Source: Candidatus Electrothrix yaqonensis (lineage in GTDB: Bacteria; Desulfobacterota; Desulfobulbia; Desulfobulbales; Desulfobulbaceae). Taken from it: DNA of 32,000 bases. Where the stretch lies: positions 1,920,001-1,952,000 of the forward strand of contig CP178758.1 in NCBI GenBank assembly GCA_047651235.1, given 5' to 3'. Shown one piece after another: positions 1 through 7,782 of the stretch; the first letter of the stretch is position 1; the number at the start of each line of letters is the position of its first letter. A program made the translations under genes and the position numbers. The notes beneath the pieces were generated by a model. The model worked only from the letters and a program-made list of their open reading frames with translations, had not been told where the DNA came from and searched no databases.

Positions 1-642
1 CAGGAAGGCTGGAAGCTGCCGGGTCTGAATCCAGATTTTCCCCTGCCCCCGGAACCGGCAGACTAAGCCTTCACCGGAAAAGAACAGCGATTTATAGCCA
101 CCGACCTTGGAAACCGTATATTCAAGACCTTCAGTAAAGGCGACAATATGGCCGGTGTCCACCACAAACTCCCCTTTCACATTTTGGGCAATAATGCCGC
201 CGTAGCTGTTGAACCAGAGGTCTCCGGTGCCAGAGCATTTGATCAGGAACATACTTTCGCCGGAAAAGAAGCCCTTGACCAACCCCTGCCATTTGCTCTC
301 GACCTCAATGTTCATAGAAGAGGCCACGTAGGCAGAATTCTGCAGATAGATAGTCTCGTTATCCAGGTAGACATGGGCCATGTCGCCCGGTGCTGAAGGG
401 GCGATGGACATCTCTCCTTCAGCGTGTTCTGCGGTGAATTCGTTGATGAACAAAGATTCGCCGGTGAGAAAACGGCTGAAGCCGCCCTTGAACTTGGTTT
501 TCATGGCAATATTGGTATCCATGGTTGCCATGGCCGAGGCCTCCACCTTCAGGGTTTGGCCGCCGGGAATGGTCACGGTCAGGAAGGCGAAGTCGGGCTG
601 ACATTCGAGTTTGAACGGGAAATCTGTTCGTTTTGTCTCCAT
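1..642 (-). CDS. AIM24/TIGR00266 (DUF124) family protein, paralogue 3 of 3; 3' end runs off the window (roughly 10 codons missing)
   Basis: Absent from the ORF track because it is open to position 1. Hand translation from ATG 642-640 gives METKRTDFPFKLECQPDFAFLTVTIPGGQTLKVEA...FFSGEGLVCRFRGQGKIWIQTRQLPAFL. It is colinear with the two upstream paralogues (GE(S/N)(L/M/F)F, VDTGH(I/L)V, GEGLV motifs). AGGAG lies 6 nt upstream of the ATG. Confidence 0.85.
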   Translation of the reverse strand, partial: METKRTDFPFKLECQPDFAFLTVTIPGGQTLKVEASAMATMDTNIAMKTKFKGGFSRFLTGESLFINEFTAEHAEGEMSIAPSAPGDMAHVYLDNETIYLQNSAYVASSMNIEVESKWQGLVKGFFSGESMFLIKCSGTGDLWFNSYGGIIAQNVKGEFVVDTGHIVAFTEGLEYTVSKVGGYKSLFFSGEGLVCRFRGQGKIWIQTRQLPAFL

Positions 643-661
643 GATAATCTCCTGACGAGTC

Positions 662-1339
662 TTAACGGGGTTTGAGGGAGGGGCCGAGGGCATGACCGAA
701 TGAGCCGGGATTATGGGACTGACACCAAACGGTGCCGTGGCCTTTGAATTTGCAGACCAAGCCTTCGCCGCCAAGGAAGGAGGAAACCCAGCTCTTCCCG
801 GCCTTGGTCAGGGAGAAATCAAGGGTTTCGTTAAAGGCCACAATATGGCCGGTGTCCACAATGTATTCGCCCTTCACCTTCACCGGATAAATCGCACCAA
901 AGGAGTTGATCAGCACCTTGCCTTTGCCGCTGATATTGAGCCAGAACATGCCTTCGCCGGAAAGCATTGACTTGAAACCCTGCCAGCCGAAATCAATCTC
1001 CACCTCTTCGGACGAGGCCACATAGGAACCGCCCTGGACAATCAGGCGTTCGTTGTCCAGCTCATACGTCATCATATCACCGGGCAGGGCTGTACCCAGA
1101 AAGACCTTGCCGCGCTTTTCTCCGGCAGTAAAATGGTTGAGAAAAAAATTCTCCCCGGAAAGCATACGCTTGAGGGCCTTGGCAATGCCGCCGCCCCCTT
1201 TCTTATGCGTTGTGGTGCTGATATCCACATCGCCGCTCATGCTGATCATGGCACCGCCCTCTGCGGTCAGAACTTCTCTCGGCTCCAGGGTGACAAGGGC
1301 GGCTGAACAGCCGGGCCTGTAATGTATTTTAATGTCCAT
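662..1339 (-). CDS. AIM24/TIGR00266 (DUF124) family protein, paralogue 2
   Basis: 225-aa ORF. Family-typical motifs: SGENFFLNHF, GEGMFWLNISGKGKVLINSFGAI, VDTGHIVAF, GGEGLVCKFKG. GGGAGA SD upstream; 21-nt spacer to the upstream gene. Confidence 0.88.
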   Translation of the reverse strand: MDIKIHYRPGCSAALVTLEPREVLTAEGGAMISMSGDVDISTTTHKKGGGGIAKALKRMLSGENFFLNHFTAGEKRGKVFLGTALPGDMMTYELDNERLIVQGGSYVASSEEVEIDFGWQGFKSMLSGEGMFWLNISGKGKVLINSFGAIYPVKVKGEYIVDTGHIVAFNETLDFSLTKAGKSWVSSFLGGEGLVCKFKGHGTVWCQSHNPGSFGHALGPSLKPR

Positions 1340-1360
1340 GTTTCTGCTCTCCCCCTAAGA

Positions 1361-2020
1361 CTAAAGATTTCGGTTCAGCCAGCTGGCCAGCCCGGAAATG
1401 CTGCGGGTCTGGATAACGATTTTACCGGTGCCTGTGACCCGGGTGACCAGTCCCTCGCCGCTGAAGAAGCTGGAAAAGATGCCCCCGGCCAGCTGAATCT
1501 TTAATTTTATCTGCGGTTCATAGCCGACCAGATGGCTGGTATCCACGATGTATTCCCCGTTGATCTCCCGTTCCAGCAGACCGCCGTAGGCCCCGAACCA
1601 GACCGTGCCGGTTCCGGAAACCAGGAGTTTAAACAGGCCCTCGCGGGCAATAAAGGAGGCGATCCCGGCCCATTTAACCCCCAGTTTGACCCCCGGGGTG
1701 GAGCAGATATAGGCCCCGGGCTGCAGGCAGTAGCTTTCATTGTTCAGTTCCAGCGTCCGGATGTCTCCCGGTGTGGCCTGAGTCAGGGTGACCCGTTTGA
1801 CTCCCCTGGTATTATTGGTAAAGGTGTTGACAAACAGGCTTTCTCCGCCGAGAAACTTCTTACACAGGGCGGAAAAAATATTGCCGTTCAGCCCGGCTTT
1901 CATGTCCAGATCCGCATCCATGCTGGCCATGGCATCTGATTCCGCAATAATGCTCTCCCCCGGTTCAAGATCCACATGCCCGTAGGCAAAGACCGGTTTT
2001 CCTGCAAGTTCTGTTTTCAT
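1361..2020 (-). CDS. AIM24/TIGR00266 (DUF124) family protein, paralogue 1
   Basis: 219-aa ORF with GGESLFVNTF, REGLFKLLVSGTGTVWFGAYGG, VDTSHLVGY, SGEGLVTRVTGTG. AAGGAGG SD upstream; starts 21 nt after the M48 stop. Confidence 0.88.
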   Translation of the reverse strand: MKTELAGKPVFAYGHVDLEPGESIIAESDAMASMDADLDMKAGLNGNIFSALCKKFLGGESLFVNTFTNNTRGVKRVTLTQATPGDIRTLELNNESYCLQPGAYICSTPGVKLGVKWAGIASFIAREGLFKLLVSGTGTVWFGAYGGLLEREINGEYIVDTSHLVGYEPQIKLKIQLAGGIFSSFFSGEGLVTRVTGTGKIVIQTRSISGLASWLNRNL

Positions 2021-2041
2021 GCCGCCTCCTTTGTGCTGGTT

Positions 2042-3208
2042 TTATGGATTCGGGCGATCGCTGCCCCCGCTGTCCTGCTCCGCACGGTGCGCCTCCCTGA
2101 CTTCTGCCTCTACTTCCTGTTTTACCTGCTGATAATCGATCTGCAAAGCCTGCCCCTGCAGCGTTTTGCCCTCCTCCTGCCAGAGTTTGTTCAAGACCTG
2201 AATCCGCTCATCCGTTTCCGGATGGGTGCTCAGAAAACTGAAGTTTTCTTCGATCTTCTTTTCCAGAACATTCTGCTCCTTCTTCAACGTCTGAAAAAAA
2301 CTGATCATGCCGTGTGGATTGATTCCGGCCTTTTTCAGAAGCTCCCAGCCGTTGCGGTCCGCCTCCAGTTCAAAAGCGCGACTGTTTTTCAGGCTGGAAA
2401 GATTACCGCCCAGTTCGCTCAGGGTGGCAAGCAGGGCCGAGGCATCGCCGAAAACCGCCTGCACCAGCAGGACTGTCCCGACCCGGCTGACCAGTCCCCG
2501 GATATGATGGCGCAGAGTTACATGGCTGATCTCGTGGGCCAGTACCCCGGCAACCTCCTCTGCCGAGGCCGCATTGAGCAGCAGGCCGGAGTGGATCACC
2601 ACCCTGCCTCCGGGCAGGGCAAAAGCATTAATGGAAGAATCCTCAACCAGATAAAAGTCAAAGCTGAAATCTTTGTCCACAACAGCTTGGGTCAGCGGGC
2701 CGGTGATCGCGGTAAGCTCCTCCGGCAGCTCCAGAAAACGCTTGTCCGCTGTTGCGAGACTGAACAGCTTTTTGCCGATCTTGGCTTCATATTGCGGCGG
2801 AACGCTGTTCGCGGCCACTCTGGCCAGCAGGTGCAGACCGAAATAGGCTCCGACCGCGCACAGCGCGACGCAAAAGAAGAAAACCACCACAGAGCTTATG
2901 CTGAACAGCCGCCTTTTTTTGATGGCTCTGACCGCCTCGGTGCAGGCCGGGGTTTTGACCAGAAAGCGGTCCTCCAGAATCTTCCGGTCAGCTGAGTACA
3001 GAGTCCAGTCAGGATGGGCAGGATGCCGGAAATAGATCAGGCGGTTTCCTGAACCGCCCAGGCTGATTTCCAGATCCTGCAGAGGCAGGGAGACAGAGGT
3101 TTCCGTTTCCCCGGTCCGGAAGGTAAGGGCTGCGGCATCAACGGTAATAAAGCCGCTTTTCCGGCCCCGTTCAAAGCCGCTGTGCAGTGCGTGTGCTTGG
3201 TAACTCAT
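2042..3208 (-). CDS. M48-family zinc metallopeptidase with N-terminal cytoplasmic domain and one TM segment
   Basis: 388-aa ORF. HExxH motif in VLAHEISHVTLRHH, FALPGGRVVIHSGLL upstream of it and SFLSTHPETDERI downstream (M48 pattern). Hydrophobic segment LFSISSVVVFFFCVALCAVGAYFGL. Confidence 0.88.
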   Translation of the reverse strand: MSYQAHALHSGFERGRKSGFITVDAAALTFRTGETETSVSLPLQDLEISLGGSGNRLIYFRHPAHPDWTLYSADRKILEDRFLVKTPACTEAVRAIKKRRLFSISSVVVFFFCVALCAVGAYFGLHLLARVAANSVPPQYEAKIGKKLFSLATADKRFLELPEELTAITGPLTQAVVDKDFSFDFYLVEDSSINAFALPGGRVVIHSGLLLNAASAEEVAGVLAHEISHVTLRHHIRGLVSRVGTVLLVQAVFGDASALLATLSELGGNLSSLKNSRAFELEADRNGWELLKKAGINPHGMISFFQTLKKEQNVLEKKIEENFSFLSTHPETDERIQVLNKLWQEEGKTLQGQALQIDYQQVKQEVEAEVREAHRAEQDSGGSDRPNP

Positions 3209-3295
3209 AGTGTGTCTGGCAGTATTTTAGGACTTTGCGGCTGATGGCATTTTTTTTGTCAGGTTGCTTTGTCACGGAGATCCTGCTCGGCAGGT

Positions 3296-4324
3296 TCAGC
3301 CGCCCCCACCTCCTCCACCTCCTCCACCGGAACCACCGCCGCCGAAGCCGCCTCCACCGACATAGCCGCCGCCTGTATAACCGCCACTGCCTTTACCGCC
3401 TTTTTCCCGACCACCTATACGAATATTAAGAATGTTAATAATACGGCCTATCCAGCCAAAATATTTGTTTAGCCAATTCTCGAATGGCTCAAACTTATCG
3501 TACCAGCAAATGATAGTGGTAAAAATTGCGAAGTATACTGCTATTACTAAAGCCGGTATAGCAGCGCATATACTTTCTCTTCTTTCCTTTTTGATATATA
3601 TCTGTATTTGCCTCGCTTTTCTTTTCCAGTATTCCGCACTCTTCCTCGGCTTTTCCTTCACGGCTGCCGGAGTCGCAAGGGCAAGTACCCCATGCGGAAC
3701 AACAACCCGCACTTCCAGTTCCTTGCCCGGCGGCAGTGCGCCTTTTGCAACAAACTCAACTGTCTGCTCATCAATCTGCCGGGCCTCGGCAGGCACACCG
3801 AAATTTTTAACGCTGCTGATTTTTCCGGCCAGCGAATCCGGCAGGCGCACAGTAACTTTGCCGCTTTGAATCGGTGCGGAGCGATCTTTAAAGATAGCTT
3901 TAACAAACACCCAATCTTTTTTGCCGTGAACTTGGATACCGCCTTTAACCCGATACTTGAGCACAAAAGTATGGCTTTCCGGCGGGTTCAATTCGTGCCG
4001 CCATTTAATCCACCGCTGCCCGTTTTTGATATTTGTCTCTGCGGCCAGTTTCTCTTCACCCTCAAAAACTTCAATCTGATCAATGCCGTCAACTTTGTCC
4101 AGCGGGATATAGCGGTAGCGTTCATTGGTGTGCGGCCCGGTGAAGACGTACTTCTGGGTCTCGGTAACCAGCATATCCCCGTTTTGCCGGACATCAATCA
4201 CCACATTGATGAAATCCCAGTAAAAGGACGGTGATTTCGCCGATGCTGTCTGGACGCTCAGTAAAAACAAGACAAATACAGTTATCCGGACAGATACTGC
4301 GGTCAGTTGTCTGAGGCACTTCAT
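3296..4324 (-). CDS. DUF2207 N-terminal-domain membrane protein (signal peptide, extracytoplasmic domain, one TM, poly-Gly tail)
   Basis: 342-aa ORF. Signal peptide VFVLFLLSVQTASA. F(Y)WDFINVVIDVRQNGDMLVTETQKYVF start typical of the DUF2207 N-domain. TM segment AAIPALVIAVYFAIFTTIICW. C-terminus ...GGGGFGGGGSGGGGGGGGGG. AAGGAGGAATCATG start context. Confidence 0.7.
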   Translation of the reverse strand: MKCLRQLTAVSVRITVFVLFLLSVQTASAKSPSFYWDFINVVIDVRQNGDMLVTETQKYVFTGPHTNERYRYIPLDKVDGIDQIEVFEGEEKLAAETNIKNGQRWIKWRHELNPPESHTFVLKYRVKGGIQVHGKKDWVFVKAIFKDRSAPIQSGKVTVRLPDSLAGKISSVKNFGVPAEARQIDEQTVEFVAKGALPPGKELEVRVVVPHGVLALATPAAVKEKPRKSAEYWKRKARQIQIYIKKERRESICAAIPALVIAVYFAIFTTIICWYDKFEPFENWLNKYFGWIGRIINILNIRIGGREKGGKGSGGYTGGGYVGGGGFGGGGSGGGGGGGGGG

Positions 4325-4397
4325 GATTCCTCCTTTGTTTTTTTCGGAAATATGCGTTGAGCTCGATGATGAAAGCTCAACCGCCCCTGTTCAGTGA

Positions 4398-5051
4398 TCA
4401 ATATATTTTTACATCCGGGAGAGAGGCGGCCTGCTGTGCCAAGTCACCGTAGATCTCCAGCAACTTTAACCTGTTGGACATAGTGTTCAGAGGATTCGGC
4501 ATTCGCTCTTTATGGGCAGGGAACTGACAGAGCCTTTCAGGCGGAAGGCCCAGAAATGCATACAGCTCTTCAATATGGTTCCAGAGACGTTCGTATTTCA
4601 GAAGCATGATTTGATATCCTCTTCTCTGAGGCGGTGAAGTCGTCCATGCCTTGAACTGGTCATAGATGCCGAAGCAATCGCGTTTTTCAGCCAGGAAATC
4701 ATGCAGGCCCCAAGGGGGATCCGGCTCGTCCCGCATGAGAAAATGTCCCGGCCAGCGTGCTGCGGACTGCATCCGTACAGCATGTGCCATATGATATCCC
4801 CGTCGGAAGACAGAGAGCAGGGCATCGATAGGATCGGCTGTCAGATAGACAGCCCGAAAATCCGACGGCAGTTGGTACCGGGAAACACAGGGCGGTTCGG
4901 GAAGGTGCTTCCAGATACCTGAATCGAATTCCTGCGGAACTTTCACCCCCTGCTCCTGCAGAAATTCAAGGAGCATTGTCGTGCCTGCACCTCCGAACGA
5001 AGTGACCTGCACAGTATGTTCAACCTGAAGCTGTTTTCCTTCGTTTTTCAT
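4398..5051 (-). CDS. hypothetical protein, sulfotransferase-fold-like (function tentative)
   Basis: 217-aa ORF co-directional with its neighbours. SFGGAGTTML resembles the sulfotransferase 5'-PSB loop (PKxGTT) and AVYLTADPIDALLSVF resembles the 3'-PB motif ((I/V)YLxRDPxDxxxS). Pattern match only. Confidence 0.45.
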   Translation of the reverse strand: MKNEGKQLQVEHTVQVTSFGGAGTTMLLEFLQEQGVKVPQEFDSGIWKHLPEPPCVSRYQLPSDFRAVYLTADPIDALLSVFRRGYHMAHAVRMQSAARWPGHFLMRDEPDPPWGLHDFLAEKRDCFGIYDQFKAWTTSPPQRRGYQIMLLKYERLWNHIEELYAFLGLPPERLCQFPAHKERMPNPLNTMSNRLKLLEIYGDLAQQAASLPDVKIY

Positions 5052-5119
5052 TTTGGTTGACTGATCATTGGTTGCTGGTTATATGGATTTGCTGACGGAG
5101 AAATATTCGGCAGGCAGTA

Positions 5120-6421
5120 TCAGCCGCCGCCCCCGCCGCAGCATCCGCCTCCTCCTCCACCGGAACTGCCACCGCCGAAGCCACTCGTCGCTCCCGCATA
5201 AGTACTGGTGTAGCCACCTCCTCCCCCGCCATGGCCACCTCTGCCACTCCCTATACGGCGGATACCTGCAGACGATACAGACTTTGTGATTGAACGGATT
5301 ATTTTTTTCAGGTCTGCGCTGATGCTTTTTAAGGAAAGCCCTCTTTCTTTGCTTATCCACCATGCAGGAGCGGGAATATCTGCTGATACGAATTTTCTGA
5401 TGAAATGCCGCTCCACGCCAAAGGCAATAGCGTAGGGTAAAAATGCCTCAAATTCTTCCTGCCTCCTGTTCTGTTCAGGAAGGGTATTTTTATCCTTGAG
5501 GTACCGTTTAAAAGCCAGCAGCTTGGCAGCTTCCTCCTTGCCTTTTGGTGTTCGGAACGACTTCTTTTTTATGATAAAAAATCCGGCTATCGCCACTGCT
5601 GCCAAGAGTAATCCTGTACCGGGCGCAGTATGATTTGCTATACTAAACAATGCTATATACAGTAAAAACGGCCCTATACATCCCCACATAAACCGGGTCT
5701 CATCATTGAATTCCAGAGGAAAAAAATCGTGTTTTTTACTTCGCTCATAGAATGATCTTTTAAGGCGCGTAATATTACTGAATCCCTTTTCAAGCTCTGA
5801 CAATTTTCCCCTTGAATTGACTATGCTTTGTTGCAGAATTTTTTCATACGGGAGTGTAGCTGTTTCAGATTTATATAGCCGATAGATCTTTTTCAGAGAT
5901 TCTTTCGGATCCACTGATGGCCAATGCTGAATATCCCGTCTGCAAGTTCGTGCATTTTTTAACTTCTGAAGAAATTCCCCTTCAAATAAACTTGATCCGA
6001 CAGCCTCTTCCGGAGAAAATATTGTATTCCAGAGTTTGAGAAGTACACGTAATTTTCCGGCCATTTCGTCACCGGCTTCTTCCAGACGATTCAAGGTGCC
6101 ATCATCCTGCAGAACAAGCAGTTCTCGAAAAGCATCATGTACTTTCGCGTTTTCAATAAACTCACTGAAACGACGCGTACGGCCGGAAAAAGTATATGTA
6201 CATGAACCGCGAAAAATGAAATTGTTCGAGTTTGAATCATGAGGCGGTTCTATCCTGATTGCCCCCTGGTGAGCAAGCTCGAATATACTGGCGGTAATAA
6301 ATCGCGGTTTGAACTTTTGCTCAAGCAGAAAGCCTGCCAGTTCAGGAGAGAGATTTCCGGGAGGGGCACTGAGATATTCAGGGGCATTTCTGCAAGGTAA
6401 AAGTTGCCTGAGAGCCTTCAT
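5120..6421 (-). CDS. DUF2207 C-terminal-region membrane protein with poly-Gly tail
   Basis: Start moved to ATG 6421-6419 (M16 of the tracked ORF) because of a perfect AAGGAGGAATTATG context. Motifs: LSPELAGFLLE...ITASIFELAHQGAIRIE, two adjacent TM helices, RTPKGKEEAAKLLAFKRYL, FEAFLPYAIAFGV (DUF2207 C-part pattern). Tail GFGGGSSGGGGGGCCGGGGG. Confidence 0.65.
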   Translation of the reverse strand: MKALRQLLPCRNAPEYLSAPPGNLSPELAGFLLEQKFKPRFITASIFELAHQGAIRIEPPHDSNSNNFIFRGSCTYTFSGRTRRFSEFIENAKVHDAFRELLVLQDDGTLNRLEEAGDEMAGKLRVLLKLWNTIFSPEEAVGSSLFEGEFLQKLKNARTCRRDIQHWPSVDPKESLKKIYRLYKSETATLPYEKILQQSIVNSRGKLSELEKGFSNITRLKRSFYERSKKHDFFPLEFNDETRFMWGCIGPFLLYIALFSIANHTAPGTGLLLAAVAIAGFFIIKKKSFRTPKGKEEAAKLLAFKRYLKDKNTLPEQNRRQEEFEAFLPYAIAFGVERHFIRKFVSADIPAPAWWISKERGLSLKSISADLKKIIRSITKSVSSAGIRRIGSGRGGHGGGGGGYTSTYAGATSGFGGGSSGGGGGGCCGGGGG

Positions 6422-6496
6422 AATTCCTCCTTTGTATTGGTTGCCTCTCTGCACTAACTGCGGCATACCGCATTATTTCGATACGATGGAATATGC

Positions 6497-6525
6497 ATAC
6501 TACACCGCTTCCCGGCAGGCAGCAA
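6497..6525 (-). promoter_or_regulatory. candidate sigma70-type promoter for the 7-gene minus-strand cluster (TTGCTG-N17-TAGTAT)
   Basis: Minus-strand reading TTGCTG (6525-6520), a 17-nt spacer, then TAGTAT (6502-6497), about 75 nt upstream of ATG 6421. Motif match only. Confidence 0.25.
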
Positions 6526-6980
6526 GGGACGGAGCAAATTAAGAAATGACGCATACAAAATATTCGACAGCAGTGTGCAGAATCGGATAAAAAACTTTCG
6601 ATATTCCTTAAAAAGGATAATTTAATTATTCCCGATAAGGCATACTTCATGCTGTTGCATTACGACCTTACGGATCATTTCCATAATGCTTTGCGAAAAA
6701 CAGATTAACGGCATGTTTTCTGCATAAACAAAGCAGTCCTGCAGCGAGGTATTGGCACTCCAATTCGGGACCATCAGTTTAATGCGTTTTTCCGGTGAGT
6801 TGAATTGCCTCATGCAAAGGTTCAGAGGTTAAATTCCTCATCTGAAACGAAACGCCCGGAGACAGATACCGTGCATATAAGAAATATCTGGTTAACTAAG
6901 CTAAGGCTGGCGAAAAGGATATGATCGAATCGGCTTATGATCAGAGCGTTGATCAGGAAACTGAAAAAGGGACCGCAGTC

Positions 6981-7706
6981 ATGTCTCTGACCGACGATAC
7001 TCTGTTTGACGGCCGCCTGATCTGCCGCCAGCATCAGAACGGTTACCGTTTTTCCGTGGATGCTGTCCTGCTGGCCCATTTCTGCCGACCGGCTGCACGG
7101 GACAAAGCACTGGATCTGGGCTGCGGTTGCGGGGTGATCGGCCTGATCCTCTGCCACCGGTACCCTGAGCTGCGCCTTACCGGACTGGAGCTCCAGCCTG
7201 CCCTGGCCGAACTCGCCGGGCAGAACGCTCAAGCCAACGGATTTGCAGATCGTTTCAGGGTGAAGCAGGGAGACCTGCGCAGCATCAGGCAGCATATCCG
7301 GGCGGAATCCTATGATCTGGTGCTCAGCAATCCTCCGTACCATCGGACCGGCAGCGGTCGGCTCAGCCGGGAGGATGAATGCGCTCTTGCCCGGCACGAG
7401 CTGGCCGTTGACCCGGATGCCGTTATTGCAGCAGCGGCTTTTGCGGTCAGAAACCGGGGCAGGGTGCTCTGCATTTACCCGGCAGAACGGCTTGCCACAG
7501 TGACCGCAGCCATGATGCGGAAACGACTTGTTCCCAAAAGGCTGCAGCCGGTGTACAGTTATCCGGAGGATGACCGGGCCAAGCTGGTCATCATCGAGGC
7601 CATGAAAAACGGCGGTGAAGGACTGCGTCTGCTGTCGCCGCTCTTTATATATCAGTACCCGGACGGGCCGTATTCTGCAGAGGTTGAGCAGATGTATGCA
7701 GGGTGA
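6981..7706 (+). CDS. class I SAM-dependent methyltransferase, tRNA1(Val) (adenine37-N6)-methyltransferase (TrmN6/YfiC)-like
   Basis: SAM motif I LDLGCGCGVIGL and the N6-adenine catalytic tetrad in VLSNPPY. N-terminal GYRFSVDAVLLAHF as in YfiC-type enzymes. Start placed at ATG 6981 (AAAGGGA 8 nt upstream); the tracked ATG 6921 has its SD too close. Confidence 0.75.
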   Translation: MSLTDDTLFDGRLICRQHQNGYRFSVDAVLLAHFCRPAARDKALDLGCGCGVIGLILCHRYPELRLTGLELQPALAELAGQNAQANGFADRFRVKQGDLRSIRQHIRAESYDLVLSNPPYHRTGSGRLSREDECALARHELAVDPDAVIAAAAFAVRNRGRVLCIYPAERLATVTAAMMRKRLVPKRLQPVYSYPEDDRAKLVIIEAMKNGGEGLRLLSPLFIYQYPDGPYSAEVEQMYAG

Positions 7707-7782
7707 GCAGGTACCGGCCAAACAGAACAGGATAACAGACGATTCGCAGCACGGAATCCATACTTTGTGCAGTAACTGACTG

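Noticed and set aside
1976-2995. 339-aa plus-strand ORF
   Set aside because: It lies antisense to the M48 peptidase gene, which has a clear HExxH signature. It has no recognisable motifs or SD.
3296-3420. C-rich/G-rich low-complexity DNA (also 5120-5260) considered as G-quadruplex or simple-sequence repeat
   Set aside because: It is fully explained as codons for the poly-Gly C-terminal tails of the two DUF2207-type genes.
6753-6767. TGGCAC-N5-TTCG resembling a sigma54 -24/-12 promoter upstream of the methyltransferase gene
   Set aside because: The -12 element reads TTCG instead of TTGC, so the conserved GC is misplaced. No enhancer-binding-protein gene is nearby.
6622-6813. 63-aa minus-strand ORF in the long AT-rich intergenic region
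   Set aside because: It has no SD, no recognisable motif or hydrophobic pattern, and overlaps other equally weak ORFs. Cannot be supported as a gene.
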